IMG/VR virus record: IMGVR_UViG_3300045988_166882
Length of the DNA: 64,000 nucleotides
Strand: one strand, 5' to 3'
Source of the DNA: a virus
A model generated the notes under the pieces. It saw only the letters and a list, made by a program, of their open reading frames with translations. It made no database searches and was not told where the DNA came from. Of the stretch, positions 53,312 through 63,615 are shown one piece after another (the first letter of the stretch is position 1; each line of letters starts with the position of its first letter). A program made the position numbers and the translations under genes.

Positions 53312-53728
53312 ATGGAAGATTACAAACAACAACTTTCCGAGGTGAAAGCAGTCGAGTTCCGTGGTGCGAAACTCAACGTCAAGTTCCCTAACGTCGGCGA
53401 GATGATCGACATCGAGAACCTCAAAACCGCATACTCTGGCGGACGCTACGGCGTTATGCTGGCCAGCGGTGTGAAGAGCATGATCTACGCCGTTGACGTG
53501 ATCGACGCCATGGCCTTCATCGAGATCAAACTCAAAGCCGTACGCAACATGCTGAACCTTCCTGAAGGGCAGTCGCTGATGAGCGTCGATTCGGGGCTGG
53601 CGTCGGAACTCACGGCTTGGTACAAGCAGCAAATCGCCCCGTGGTATAACTCGATGATGTCGAAACTGTATGAGGCAGGAAATGCCCAGCCGTCTCTCAA
53701 CGCAAAGGGCGGAGCCGACGCTGAATGA
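53312..53728 (+). CDS. tail assembly chaperone
   Basis: 138-aa ORF upstream of the tape measure gene; overlaps the next ORF, which is in another frame. Confidence 0.6.
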   Translation: MEDYKQQLSEVKAVEFRGAKLNVKFPNVGEMIDIENLKTAYSGGRYGVMLASGVKSMIYAVDVIDAMAFIEIKLKAVRNMLNLPEGQSLMSVDSGLASELTAWYKQQIAPWYNSMMSKLYEAGNAQPSLNAKGGADAE

Positions 53729-54005
53729 CGTCATTGACCGTGGCGTCGAACGCTGGCTGAGTCAGTTCCCGATCGACCTTTGGTGGCGGAGGAAATACCG
53801 TATAGCCTACGGGTCTCCGCGTCACCGGGCGATGAGTTTCTTTGATCAGTTACGCGAGTACCGTGAAGAGGTGTTGCTGAAGCGTATCGCACAAGAGCAG
53901 TCAGAGCGTGAAATGATGGGCGACGACTACGATTCACGGGTTGTTAAACTGAGTCAAGAGGAGATCGACGAAGACTACGAGAATATCAACTTGGATGACT
54001 TTTAA
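53670..54005 (+). CDS. second tail chaperone ORF (separate gene or frameshift extension)
   Basis: This frame is open from 53658 and overlaps the end of 53312-53728. Canonical position for a G/GT-type pair. Confidence 0.5.
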   Translation: MRQEMPSRLSTQRAEPTLNDVIDRGVERWLSQFPIDLWWRRKYRIAYGSPRHRAMSFFDQLREYREEVLLKRIAQEQSEREMMGDDYDSRVVKLSQEEIDEDYENINLDDF

Positions 54006-54016
54006 CGCAAATAACA

Positions 54017-56089
54017 ATGGCCGAAAGGGACATAACAGTTAACATCAACGGAAACGGCTCCGGCGGCACCAGCACTCCCCCGACGCCTCCCGAACCGCCT
54101 GCGAGTGGCGGCGATACGCGGTTGAGCGCGTCGGTGTCGGACTTGGTAAGCGAACTTCGCAGCGTGTTGTCCCAAGGCGGCGGCCCGGCGTTCGGCCAGA
54201 GTGGATTCAAGGGTTATTTGGACGATGTCGGCCGGAGTATCGTCACCCAGCGTCAGGCAGAAATACGCAACCGATTCGACTTGGCTCGTGAGGAGAATTC
54301 GAGCCGTTACATGGAAGAGGTTAACCGCTTGGACGCTGAGCGTGAAGCGCGTGTTAACCAATATTCGTTCGCCCCTAACGGCACGCTGTTCAACCCCGAA
54401 GGTAAGCCGCTTCCGTCAGGCAAGACCATCGCTCAGGACCTCGATTCGTGGTACAACCCCCGGTTCCGGGCCATTGAAGAGCAATTTGCGCCGATTGACG
54501 AGCGTTTAGCCTCTGAAGAGGAAAGTGAGCGTGCCGCGGTAGAACGCGAAATGACGGACGCCCTGAAGGCCGTTGCGGAGGCGTTACGAACCGAGTCGCG
54601 TGAGAAGTCTTCAGGTAACGACGATTCCTACATGGGCCGCTTGCGTTTGCAGCGCAAGGAACTCACCGACGAAATGGAGCGGGCCGTGTCGCAAGACGAC
54701 TACGTTGCCGCCCGCCGAAGGTTGCAGGAATTCGATCAACGCCAAAGCGCAGCCGGCAACGGCGATATCTTCGAAAACATCACCAACGCCCGCTTGGCCA
54801 CTTCCGGCGCAGGCATGATAACCTCAGCCGCCAGCGGTAACATCACTGGCATGGGCATGGGGGCCGCTGGATTAGGAGCCGCCGCACTTGGCATTCCTAT
54901 CGCAGGTATCATCGCCGGAGCGATCGTTGCTGCAATAGGGCAAACCGTCATAGCCACCACCAACCGCATTGAGTCCATGGGCGACATGGCCGCGATACGG
55001 GGAATTTGGGGTGGTAATACCGGTAATGCCGCGCTCCGTAACGCTACCGCTACCGTCATCAACGCCCGTACTCAAGGAGCCTACGGCGAAGAAATCACCC
55101 GTAAACAGCTGGGGCTGGAGGATGCCGAGTTTATGCAACGTGCGCTTGCCCTCATGACTACGTCTGGCGTGTTGGCTAACTGGGAGAACCGGACGTTCTA
55201 CAGCTACGCCAACGAAAGCCAGTTCAATCTTCGCGAAGGCAGCGTTGCTCAGGCGTCCCGCTACGACCGCTATGGCTTGGAGGCCAACACGGCAATTTCG
55301 CGCTTGGCATACGAACTCGAACGCCTCAACGATGAAGGCGTGAATACCGGCATCGGCGGCGAGTTAGGATACATCCGGATGCAGGAGCGGTACGACATCC
55401 AGCAACAGCTGATGGGGCGGTACTACGCGGCGTACAATCGACCGAACTACGAAGTGGCTAACGCTACTCAGGCCGCTTACTCTGCAGCTATGGACCCGCG
55501 GTTCATTCAGGATAGCCGTTTGGGTGACGTTATCGCCAAGTTAGACTCCGCGCTGGGCAACCCGCAAAGCGAGAATATGCAGGCTATCTCGTTCGACGCC
55601 TTACGGGAGTACGGCGCAGGGTTCGGACTGGATAAAATGAACAATTTCCAACTGCAGTACGTACTGAGCAATCCACAGAGTTTTGGCCTCAATGAGACCC
55701 AAATAAACTCGATGGTGATTCAGCGTATCGCTGATATGGCCAATATCCCCAAAGACCAGCGTGGCGACATGAGCGCTCTGTTCGCTTCACCTGCGTTTAT
55801 GAATATCATCCGCGGCGTTTTACCGAATTTGACCTACGACGAACTGGCTCAAACGTTGCCCGGTTTGGCTACGGGCGAAACGGCGCGTCAATACTCGCGG
55901 TCCAGTCAGGCTATGAAACAAGGGGCTACTGAATCGCATTATAGCATGCTTCAAAACATGAGCGACTACTCCGGATTTCGCACGGCCATTGGTAAACTGC
56001 TGACAGCTACGGAGGAGTTCGCTACACAGTTAGGTAGCACGCTGGCAAATTACAACATAGAAGAAAACGAGGTTCACCCCGGTTCGTGA
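54017..56089 (+). CDS. tape measure protein
   Basis: 690 aa. Coiled-coil-type N-terminal half and a Gly/Ala-rich hydrophobic core (GMGMGAAGLGAAALGIPIAGIIAGAIVAAIG). Position fits. Confidence 0.75.
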   Translation: MAERDITVNINGNGSGGTSTPPTPPEPPASGGDTRLSASVSDLVSELRSVLSQGGGPAFGQSGFKGYLDDVGRSIVTQRQAEIRNRFDLAREENSSRYMEEVNRLDAEREARVNQYSFAPNGTLFNPEGKPLPSGKTIAQDLDSWYNPRFRAIEEQFAPIDERLASEEESERAAVEREMTDALKAVAEALRTESREKSSGNDDSYMGRLRLQRKELTDEMERAVSQDDYVAARRRLQEFDQRQSAAGNGDIFENITNARLATSGAGMITSAASGNITGMGMGAAGLGAAALGIPIAGIIAGAIVAAIGQTVIATTNRIESMGDMAAIRGIWGGNTGNAALRNATATVINARTQGAYGEEITRKQLGLEDAEFMQRALALMTTSGVLANWENRTFYSYANESQFNLREGSVAQASRYDRYGLEANTAISRLAYELERLNDEGVNTGIGGELGYIRMQERYDIQQQLMGRYYAAYNRPNYEVANATQAAYSAAMDPRFIQDSRLGDVIAKLDSALGNPQSENMQAISFDALREYGAGFGLDKMNNFQLQYVLSNPQSFGLNETQINSMVIQRIADMANIPKDQRGDMSALFASPAFMNIIRGVLPNLTYDELAQTLPGLATGETARQYSRSSQAMKQGATESHYSMLQNMSDYSGFRTAIGKLLTATEEFATQLGSTLANYNIEENEVHPGS

Positions 56090-57384
56090 TGATAGAAGTT
56101 AAGGGATATGTCGATATAATCCACGACCAGAAGAGCGTGGTAACCATGAAGGATTTCATAGCCTTCTACCACATTGACGAGATAACGCCAGAGAAGTTGT
56201 TCGACGACAACCGTGACAACATCTTGGCGGCGATGTCGTTAGTCGATAAGTACACCTACATGTTCGAGCACGGCCTGACCGGGGTCTTGGACACTTTAAC
56301 GGCCGATAAGTTGGACCCTGAAATGGCGTTGCCGCGGTTCGCTAAGATACGGGTGTACTACACCAACATTCGTCAAGAAGACGTTCTATACGTCAGTAAC
56401 GTCAAAGCCAAGATCACTGACTACGCAAAATGGGCCGACGAGCAATTGCTCGAAATAACGGACTCAAACGGTTTCCGGAGCGAAGGTAACGTCGTAACGA
56501 AGGAATATCGCAAAATGGCCCCTAACATTCGCGTGTGCGGGTGGTTTCGGGCCTTAGAGTTCCTGAACAGTGAACGGTCGGATGACATGAAGGCTTCAGC
56601 GCTGCGTGACATATCCCGTTACGTTGGCGCCATGACAGTAAACGTCGCTAAAAATGGCGGTAATTTCACGTTGAGTCTGCCGCACATCGCCATTGAGGAA
56701 ACTATTCGCGGTGAATCCGGTGTGTATGAAAATACCATCATAGCAGCCTCAATCGAAGAAAAGCCGTACTATAAAACGACTTTCGCTGATGACGTATCGC
56801 GGAACGAAAACGACTATTTCAACTGGCTCATATCGCCAAACGATTTGATATTCCTCCGGTTTGAAAAAACCGTCGAGGAAATCAACTCCGACCTCACAAA
56901 CCGTACAGGCGAACCTCAGTTACGGGGCGACGTCTGGGATATGATCGGTTTGGTGGATTCGGTGTCTATTTCCACTGATTCGCAAGGCGCAGTTTCCAAC
57001 GTCAGCGTCCGCGGTCGAGACCTGATGAAGCTACTGATCGATGACGGCTCGTTCTTCTTCCCGGTGGCTATGGATTTAGGCGCACGCGAACTCTTCGCTA
57101 ACGCTTCAGGTATTTCGACTACCAACGCTGGCGACGGATTAGGCGTCCAGTTAAACTGTAAGACTGCCGTCAATCGCCTTTTAGGACGAAACGTCAACGG
57201 CGTTATATTGCCTTTCATGGGTAATATGTACACCTTGGAATTTGTACTCAAAGAAGTTATAAACTGGCTTTCGAATATCGCCATCGCCCCAGACTACTTG
57301 TTCACTCCGTGGGGTGATGACCGCACTACGATGGCCGATATTGAACCAGCAACGCCCGAAGACCCTAAAAAGAACGTGAAATGA
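56089..57384 (+). CDS. putative distal tail/baseplate hub protein
   Basis: ORF 56086-57384; ATG at 56089 in a TGATG overlap; synteny only. Confidence 0.6.
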   Translation: MIEVKGYVDIIHDQKSVVTMKDFIAFYHIDEITPEKLFDDNRDNILAAMSLVDKYTYMFEHGLTGVLDTLTADKLDPEMALPRFAKIRVYYTNIRQEDVLYVSNVKAKITDYAKWADEQLLEITDSNGFRSEGNVVTKEYRKMAPNIRVCGWFRALEFLNSERSDDMKASALRDISRYVGAMTVNVAKNGGNFTLSLPHIAIEETIRGESGVYENTIIAASIEEKPYYKTTFADDVSRNENDYFNWLISPNDLIFLRFEKTVEEINSDLTNRTGEPQLRGDVWDMIGLVDSVSISTDSQGAVSNVSVRGRDLMKLLIDDGSFFFPVAMDLGARELFANASGISTTNAGDGLGVQLNCKTAVNRLLGRNVNGVILPFMGNMYTLEFVLKEVINWLSNIAIAPDYLFTPWGDDRTTMADIEPATPEDPKKNVK

Positions 57385-59216
57385 GTATCGGAACCGGACT
57401 TGTACGTAAACTGGACCAAAAGGAAAACGAATACTGGGCCTTCAAAACGTGGGACCCTGAGTGGTGTGTGTACGGTCAATCACCCTCCGCGCCTCTTGTT
57501 ATAACCTCCATAGTCGGCAACCGAACGCTGTCCATGGACGGCAAGAACAAGAAGGAATTCCACCAAGGGTTGGATATTTCAATGCCCGTGGGCACGGCTA
57601 TCTACGCTCCGGGGTATTGCAAGTGCGTTCGCGTCAGCCGTACACCCAACAAACCCTCGGGAAACTACGTTTCGATAATCATGCCTGCATGGTGGTTTGG
57701 AAACGTCGGCCCGTTCGGTCAGTTTGAAACAGCCAACTTGGCGAATAACGCCATATCGCGTAAGAAGTGGGCCGAAGACGCGGTGGCGTGCTATGCATAC
57801 GCCACGGTACGCTTTATGCATTTGAGTGAAATAGCCAACATCAGCGAAGGTGAATGGCTCGACCCCGGTACACTGTTAGGCAGATCAGGTAACACCGGGC
57901 GATCCACAGGTCCTCACCTCCATCTGGATTGTGCAGCCAACGGCGACTGGCTCAATCCGGCTCAAATGATGAGTAAGTGCTATTTCTCTATTTCAAAGAA
58001 GGAATTCGCCCCTTACATCAATCCCTACGACCGCCGCCGATTCACCACCGACGTGGGATCAAAGCCCGTGCCCGACTACCAGTGGATGATGGACTTCACG
58101 CGCTACAACCAAGTAGAAGTCCCGTTCGATTCCAAAGACACCGAGCCTATCATTCCCGAGGTTAAACTCGAAAGCCTTCAAGTCAAGCAGCGTTTGGCGC
58201 CCGGTATATGGCAAATCGTCAAACTAATCATTGACGAAAACGTGGCTCATCGACAGGTGTTCGATGGTACTATTACCAACCAAACAGGCTCGCTTCTCAA
58301 CTGGTTCAACAAGGTTTGCCAAGAGCCGTTCGTTGAGTTTATGGGAGAAACTTGGGGTGATCAATACTACTTCATTGCCCGCCGCCCGCCTTTTGACCAC
58401 GCCAGCGTGCTGAGGGCTTACAACTACGCGATGAGCGGTAGTGGCTTGTATCACGTGGTTCAGAAGGAGCAGGTCGTTGAAACGAATTTCACTCAAAGCG
58501 TTTCCAACGCTTACTCGTGGTACTACCTCCGGCCGCGCGTTTCGTTCGGCGGTAACGACGGTACGGTGTACTACATTCCAGCGGTATTCTTCCCGGAGAT
58601 GGCGGCGTTATTCGGCGCTCGCGCTTGCCACGTTCAAAGTAACTACTACAACACCGTCAACGACGGAAAGGCTGACGTTGATAACGCCAGCGAAGAGATC
58701 AGCAAACAGGCGCGTGATAACTTCGCGAAGTCGTATCTTCAGATGATGCTCGATTTGAAGTACCTGATCGAAACGACGATCTATTTGCCTTTCACCCGTC
58801 AGGGGACCATCACCTTGTACGGCAACCGCCAGATCAAGCGCGGTACGTGGATGTATTTCGTCCCTACGCAGGAAATGTACTACGTTGACGCTGTGACGAA
58901 TACTTTCCAAAGCGTCGGAAACCGCGTTTTCCGCTCGACCACATTACAGGTATCGCGCGGCATGAAGACAAGCCTGATAGACGGTACACGTCAAGATTTA
59001 GCTATTATTGATAAGGCTGATGGTTACAATAAATTGAGTGGATATTTCGGCTTGGTTGACTTCGGTAAAACAAAAAGCGGGGCTGCGTACCCTGAAAAGT
59101 GGGACGGCCTTATTGACGGGAAAACTACCTTCAATGAATGTATTGCTGACATCCACATCAATCAACATATTTTGAACATCCTGTGTAAAAAAGCCGGCTT
59201 TTTGCCCGGAAAATAG
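57381..59216 (+). CDS. tail/baseplate protein with M23 (LytM) peptidase domain
   Basis: HQGLDISMPVGTAIYAP (HxxxD) and GNTGRSTGPHLHLD (HxH). Confidence 0.8.
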   Translation: MSIGTGLVRKLDQKENEYWAFKTWDPEWCVYGQSPSAPLVITSIVGNRTLSMDGKNKKEFHQGLDISMPVGTAIYAPGYCKCVRVSRTPNKPSGNYVSIIMPAWWFGNVGPFGQFETANLANNAISRKKWAEDAVACYAYATVRFMHLSEIANISEGEWLDPGTLLGRSGNTGRSTGPHLHLDCAANGDWLNPAQMMSKCYFSISKKEFAPYINPYDRRRFTTDVGSKPVPDYQWMMDFTRYNQVEVPFDSKDTEPIIPEVKLESLQVKQRLAPGIWQIVKLIIDENVAHRQVFDGTITNQTGSLLNWFNKVCQEPFVEFMGETWGDQYYFIARRPPFDHASVLRAYNYAMSGSGLYHVVQKEQVVETNFTQSVSNAYSWYYLRPRVSFGGNDGTVYYIPAVFFPEMAALFGARACHVQSNYYNTVNDGKADVDNASEEISKQARDNFAKSYLQMMLDLKYLIETTIYLPFTRQGTITLYGNRQIKRGTWMYFVPTQEMYYVDAVTNTFQSVGNRVFRSTTLQVSRGMKTSLIDGTRQDLAIIDKADGYNKLSGYFGLVDFGKTKSGAAYPEKWDGLIDGKTTFNECIADIHINQHILNILCKKAGFLPGK

Positions 59217-59219
59217 CCT

Positions 59220-60083
59220 ATGGAAACAAAAGACTACAAACGCACCCCTGCGCCATTCGGCGTACAGATGAATCACCTTCATATGGGATGCGGCGGTATA
59301 GGTTATATCGTTATCCCTGAGGGAGGCGAGAACCGCGAACTATACATCCAGAACTGCATGAGGACCAACACCGTGTCTATTCAGGGCGGCGCAGGTAGGT
59401 CTATTTACAACAACGTACCTATCCCCCCGTCGGTTCTCGAAGCGGTGGAGTTTCCCGTATCAATCGACGAGTTCGGGACCCCTGTGGTTTGGGTGCTGGA
59501 CGAATACAATCAGTGGCCTATCGTTGTAAATTCTTTGGACTTACGCAAGTTCAACCAGCAACAACCGGGTCAGCGTACTATGCGCAAGGAATCTAACGGA
59601 GTGGTTGCCGAGGTGAAGACCGACGCCTCTCAAGGTATCATCGACATCTACGTCGGCGGTACGGAGGACACCCCTGCCGAAATCAATATCCGAGTTCAGT
59701 CAGCCAACGTCGATTCCAAAGTGAACATCATTTCCGACGCCGATATCAGCGTATCGGGTGATAAGCACGTCGAGATCACTTCCGCAACCCGCGTAACGGC
59801 ACACATAGTGAACGGCGTCGATACGGAGGCGGGAATTGAAGTAGTCCTTCAAGACGACGAATTGCAGTATACTACCAAGGGTGGCAAGTCGACGTTCATT
59901 GTGAAGGGTGAAAAGGCTTCGTTCAACGGCGGCTCAAACCGCGGCGTGGTAAATATCGCGCAAATCGAATCGCTGGTGCAGGCTCTCCAAAAAGACCTCC
60001 TGATAGCCTCATCGGGTTCGAACCTTTCGAGTTGGATGGCCAGCGAAATGCCAAAGATGGAGGACAAGAAATTATCGCATTAA
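59220..60083 (+). CDS. putative baseplate/central spike protein
   Basis: 287-aa ORF; synteny only. Confidence 0.6.
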   Translation: METKDYKRTPAPFGVQMNHLHMGCGGIGYIVIPEGGENRELYIQNCMRTNTVSIQGGAGRSIYNNVPIPPSVLEAVEFPVSIDEFGTPVVWVLDEYNQWPIVVNSLDLRKFNQQQPGQRTMRKESNGVVAEVKTDASQGIIDIYVGGTEDTPAEINIRVQSANVDSKVNIISDADISVSGDKHVEITSATRVTAHIVNGVDTEAGIEVVLQDDELQYTTKGGKSTFIVKGEKASFNGGSNRGVVNIAQIESLVQALQKDLLIASSGSNLSSWMASEMPKMEDKKLSH

Positions 60084-60087
60084 CGCC

Positions 60088-60534
60088 ATGGGAAAGTTAG
60101 GAATAGACCCCAAAATGGTTATCCGCGCTACGTGCAAGGACTACCTCGCCACGCTGCCTGAAGAAGAGGCTAACAGCTACGTTGACGACATGGAGCAGTC
60201 GGTTGGTGATTCTATCCAGCAAAAGATCGATGAAGCCGAAACGTGGCTCGAAGCCGCTGAAACATCAGGCACCAACGCCATCGAGGCGTCCACTTCGTTA
60301 GGCGTTCAGGCCGTATGCGCTGACCCTATGGCAGGTGTAGCGTCCACAGGCGTCATAGCGTCAGCCAAGTCCGGCGCAGCTACCGCCAAAGCGCAGGTGG
60401 CTACCGGTAATGCCGCCATCCAGCAGGTTATACGTATCGTTGGTGGTTTCATGCTACCGCTTCCGGCCCCTGTAACCGCCGCGGCTCAAACTCTGGCGGC
60501 AGCCGACGCTGCGTTGTCGGCCATACCCGTGTAA
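60088..60534 (+). CDS. hypothetical baseplate-module protein
   Basis: 148-aa Ala-rich ORF. Confidence 0.6.
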   Translation: MGKLGIDPKMVIRATCKDYLATLPEEEANSYVDDMEQSVGDSIQQKIDEAETWLEAAETSGTNAIEASTSLGVQAVCADPMAGVASTGVIASAKSGAATAKAQVATGNAAIQQVIRIVGGFMLPLPAPVTAAAQTLAAADAALSAIPV

Positions 60535-60560
60535 CAAGTATAATTGATGTAAATTTAAGA
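60531..60560 (+). promoter_or_regulatory. conserved gene-junction element (second copy)
   Basis: GTAACAAGTATAATTGATGTAAATTTAAGA-CG-ATG; compare 41178-41215. Confidence 0.35.
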
Positions 60561-60562
60561 CG

Positions 60563-61351
60563 ATGCCGACCATAGCAGGAACAGTTCTCAATAAAGCCAA
60601 AGGCGACTTTGCCAGCGCAACGAGCGACGCGCTTGTTACGATGGGGCGCGGGTTGGTACACGCTGTTGCGCCGGACGACTACGAGTACTACATGTGTACG
60701 TTGGAGTTGATAAGGTCAAGCGGTGAAACCGCGGCTTTCATGAACCTGCCTGTCATGCCCAGTAACATCACTGAAAGCCGGACATCGCTCACTACTATCA
60801 CCAAGACCAACAACGTGGTGGTGTCGATGATTAACCCGTCGTTCAACCCCGTCGATATTTCGCTGCGTGGTACGTTCGGCCGCAAGTTGCGCGTCTCGTT
60901 CGGCCAGCAGCAGTTCAAGGATCAGGCTGAAGAAGGAGCCTCCATCCCGTTCTTCAATATCGGCATGTTTACGGGAGCCGCCGGAGTAGGCGATAACCGT
61001 ACGATGATTGCCAAAACGGGGTACGGCCTTACCAAGATGATGCAGAAAATCCTCACCGCGGCTACGAAGTTGGACCCTAACGGAAAGCCCTATCGGCTGG
61101 TGTTCACCAACCACGCCTTCAACACGGCGTACTACGTTGAGGTCGTTCAGGATAACTACTCGATGGACGAGAACAGCAACATGATCTGGAATTACTCGAT
61201 CGAGTTGCGCGCCGTGGCCGCTTATACCACCATCAAGTCTCTCAACGACTTCTTGGGGCAGGTCATGAACCAATCGTTGAGTAGAAGTGTAACGCGGGTA
61301 CTGGGACAGGTCAGTGATCTGCTCACGTGCGGTATCATGAATATGTTTTAG
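60563..61351 (+). CDS. putative baseplate protein
   Basis: 262-aa ORF; synteny only. Confidence 0.6.
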   Translation: MPTIAGTVLNKAKGDFASATSDALVTMGRGLVHAVAPDDYEYYMCTLELIRSSGETAAFMNLPVMPSNITESRTSLTTITKTNNVVVSMINPSFNPVDISLRGTFGRKLRVSFGQQQFKDQAEEGASIPFFNIGMFTGAAGVGDNRTMIAKTGYGLTKMMQKILTAATKLDPNGKPYRLVFTNHAFNTAYYVEVVQDNYSMDENSNMIWNYSIELRAVAAYTTIKSLNDFLGQVMNQSLSRSVTRVLGQVSDLLTCGIMNMF

Positions 61352-61353
61352 CC

Positions 61354-62355
61354 ATGCTGATTCCTGAATACATAATCCGATTTTCCAACGTGACGAAATA
61401 TCGTTTGACGGACTTCTTGGAGCGATACCAAGACTTCTTCGACAACGATTACACGTCCATCGACCAGTATTTTTCGGGCCTCAGTGAAAGCGTCGATCAT
61501 GACCGCCTGCGTCGTCTCCAGAAATTGCTCGCCGACTGCCGTGAGTTACAAGCCCAGTTCAAGAACTACGACAACCGCTTTGATAACTGCGGCTATTGGC
61601 TGCTGATGGAGTGGATCGACAACCTCGTTATGCAGGTCGAAAAGGTTACGAAGCTACCCAAGTTCCGGCGCACCACGCTGACGGCCCGAAACTACAAGCC
61701 CGTTATTCAGGTCGAGTCGTCGATTGGCGCTCAGCGTACCATGGAGGACCTGTCCATAGCCATCCAATCGAACGGCATGGACCGCGTTTCGTGGGAGCAA
61801 CTCATGCTGGACAACGACCTCGAAGAAGACCAGTGGGAAATCGACGAGTTGAAGCCTGTAACGGCTATGGTGAATAACATCACGCCCGCCGCCGTGACTA
61901 CTATCTTGGAACCGCCTATCGGTGAACAGGTCTATGGCAAGGACATCGCCCGTAAGATCACCATCGAGGTTGAAGAGGAAGTGGCAACAAAGGCCGTTTT
62001 TCGGCGATCTGGCGACTCAACGACCGTCACCTCGGCCCGGCGTATAGGCGACCTTAAAATCGTTAAATACAAGGACAACATCGACCAAAAGGTGATGATC
62101 CTCATGGGACTCAACCGCGGGACCGTACCCGACAACCCGTTGCTGGGTGTCGATCCTAACCTCACGGCCGGAGTCACCGCCGCTCAGTTGTCGCTACCTA
62201 CGGTTCGCCGCCAGATGGTAGACACGTTCCTCCAGGACGATTTATTCGAGGCTGTTGATATGGTTTCCATCGAACAGAATCAGGACTCGCTGGTTTGTAC
62301 GCTGGAGATTAAGACCAAGTACAATGACAAAGTGACCAAAAAAGTGAAGCTATGA
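61354..62355 (+). CDS. putative baseplate protein
   Basis: ORF 61327-62355; the ATG at 61354 lies just after the upstream stop. Confidence 0.6.
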   Translation: MLIPEYIIRFSNVTKYRLTDFLERYQDFFDNDYTSIDQYFSGLSESVDHDRLRRLQKLLADCRELQAQFKNYDNRFDNCGYWLLMEWIDNLVMQVEKVTKLPKFRRTTLTARNYKPVIQVESSIGAQRTMEDLSIAIQSNGMDRVSWEQLMLDNDLEEDQWEIDELKPVTAMVNNITPAAVTTILEPPIGEQVYGKDIARKITIEVEEEVATKAVFRRSGDSTTVTSARRIGDLKIVKYKDNIDQKVMILMGLNRGTVPDNPLLGVDPNLTAGVTAAQLSLPTVRRQMVDTFLQDDLFEAVDMVSIEQNQDSLVCTLEIKTKYNDKVTKKVKL

Positions 62356-63614
62356 TAACGCAGATAACGCCAATCGAGGAACTCAAGCAGATGTGGCTCG
62401 AAATATTTCTGAACAAGACCGACAAGGTTTCCGACGTGTCAGCCGAGTCGGTTTTGAACGCCATGGCCTACGCCGATTCCAAGATCGGCCAGAAGATCAT
62501 GGTCAATCAGGCGGTGATCGAAGGTCACATATTCCCCGATACGGCAGCGGGCGAATACCTCGACGCCTTGGCTGCGCTACGTGGCGTGGCACCGCGCTTC
62601 GGAGCCGCTCCGGCAACGACCTACGTCCGTGTTATAGGCGACCCTGGTACGTTCTATCAGGCTGGTACGATGTTCACCTCAACGACCGGGTTGACGTTCG
62701 TTTCTACGGAAGACGTTACGATCGGTGGCGTCGATGAAAACACAGGCCGCGTGGTTGTAAACTCCCGGCTGGCGTATATCCCCGTTCGGTGTACGAAATC
62801 GGGTGCTGTTACCAACATCCCGCCGCTGTCGCTGAACCGCGTGAACCCTACGCCTCCCGGACACCAGAGTTGCACCAACGAGTACCAAGCCACCGGGGGT
62901 CGCGATCAGGAAGACGACGAAACGTTCCGCATCCGCATCAAGGAAAGCGTGAACCAGTTGGCGATGAATACGCTGGCGCAGTTGGAGCAGGTACTGATGA
63001 AGATCAACCCGCGTGTTCTGCGAGTACTCAAAGGCGGATACGGTGAATCGCAAACTACGGGTTCAGCCGCTGAAAGCCGCATCAACCTGACGGTGGTATC
63101 AGTTAACGGTCAAGACTTCACGCAAGAGGAATTTGATGAGATGTATTCACGCGCCGAGGAGTATTTGTGCCTCACCGACCTGTTGCGCGTTTCTATCGCC
63201 GGAGCGCGTTACCCCGCCATCAATCTGCGTAACGTCAACTGGCTGTTCGTTAACGTGGACTTCCGCGTTGATATCGACCCGGCGTACAATACCGACGACG
63301 TCCGCACCCAGATTCAACTCCAGATGAACAAACTGTTCGACTACCGTTTCTGGGAACCGGGCGACAAGGTAGAGTGGGAAGACATGCTGTACGTCGTCAA
63401 GAACGTCGAAGGCGTGCGATACGTCCCCGATACGCACTTCAACCCCGGCTATGACATCAACGTCCCCGAATATACGCTGCCGCGGGTACGCAGTTTCGTG
63501 ATGCGTGACTTGGACGGCAACGTGATACTCGACAACGGCGGAGTACTTTCCGAAGTGTTCTACCCGAACGTCGAAGACGCAAACTACCAAGCAACCGTGT
63601 TAATGTCTATCTGA
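62352..63614 (+). CDS. baseplate J-like protein
   Basis: 420 aa. YLDALAALRGVAPRFGAAPATTYVRVIGDPGTFYQAGTMFTS..GLTFVSTEDVTI resembles the Baseplate_J core. Confidence 0.65.
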   Translation: MITQITPIEELKQMWLEIFLNKTDKVSDVSAESVLNAMAYADSKIGQKIMVNQAVIEGHIFPDTAAGEYLDALAALRGVAPRFGAAPATTYVRVIGDPGTFYQAGTMFTSTTGLTFVSTEDVTIGGVDENTGRVVVNSRLAYIPVRCTKSGAVTNIPPLSLNRVNPTPPGHQSCTNEYQATGGRDQEDDETFRIRIKESVNQLAMNTLAQLEQVLMKINPRVLRVLKGGYGESQTTGSAAESRINLTVVSVNGQDFTQEEFDEMYSRAEEYLCLTDLLRVSIAGARYPAINLRNVNWLFVNVDFRVDIDPAYNTDDVRTQIQLQMNKLFDYRFWEPGDKVEWEDMLYVVKNVEGVRYVPDTHFNPGYDINVPEYTLPRVRSFVMRDLDGNVILDNGGVLSEVFYPNVEDANYQATVLMSI

Positions 63615-63615
63615 T

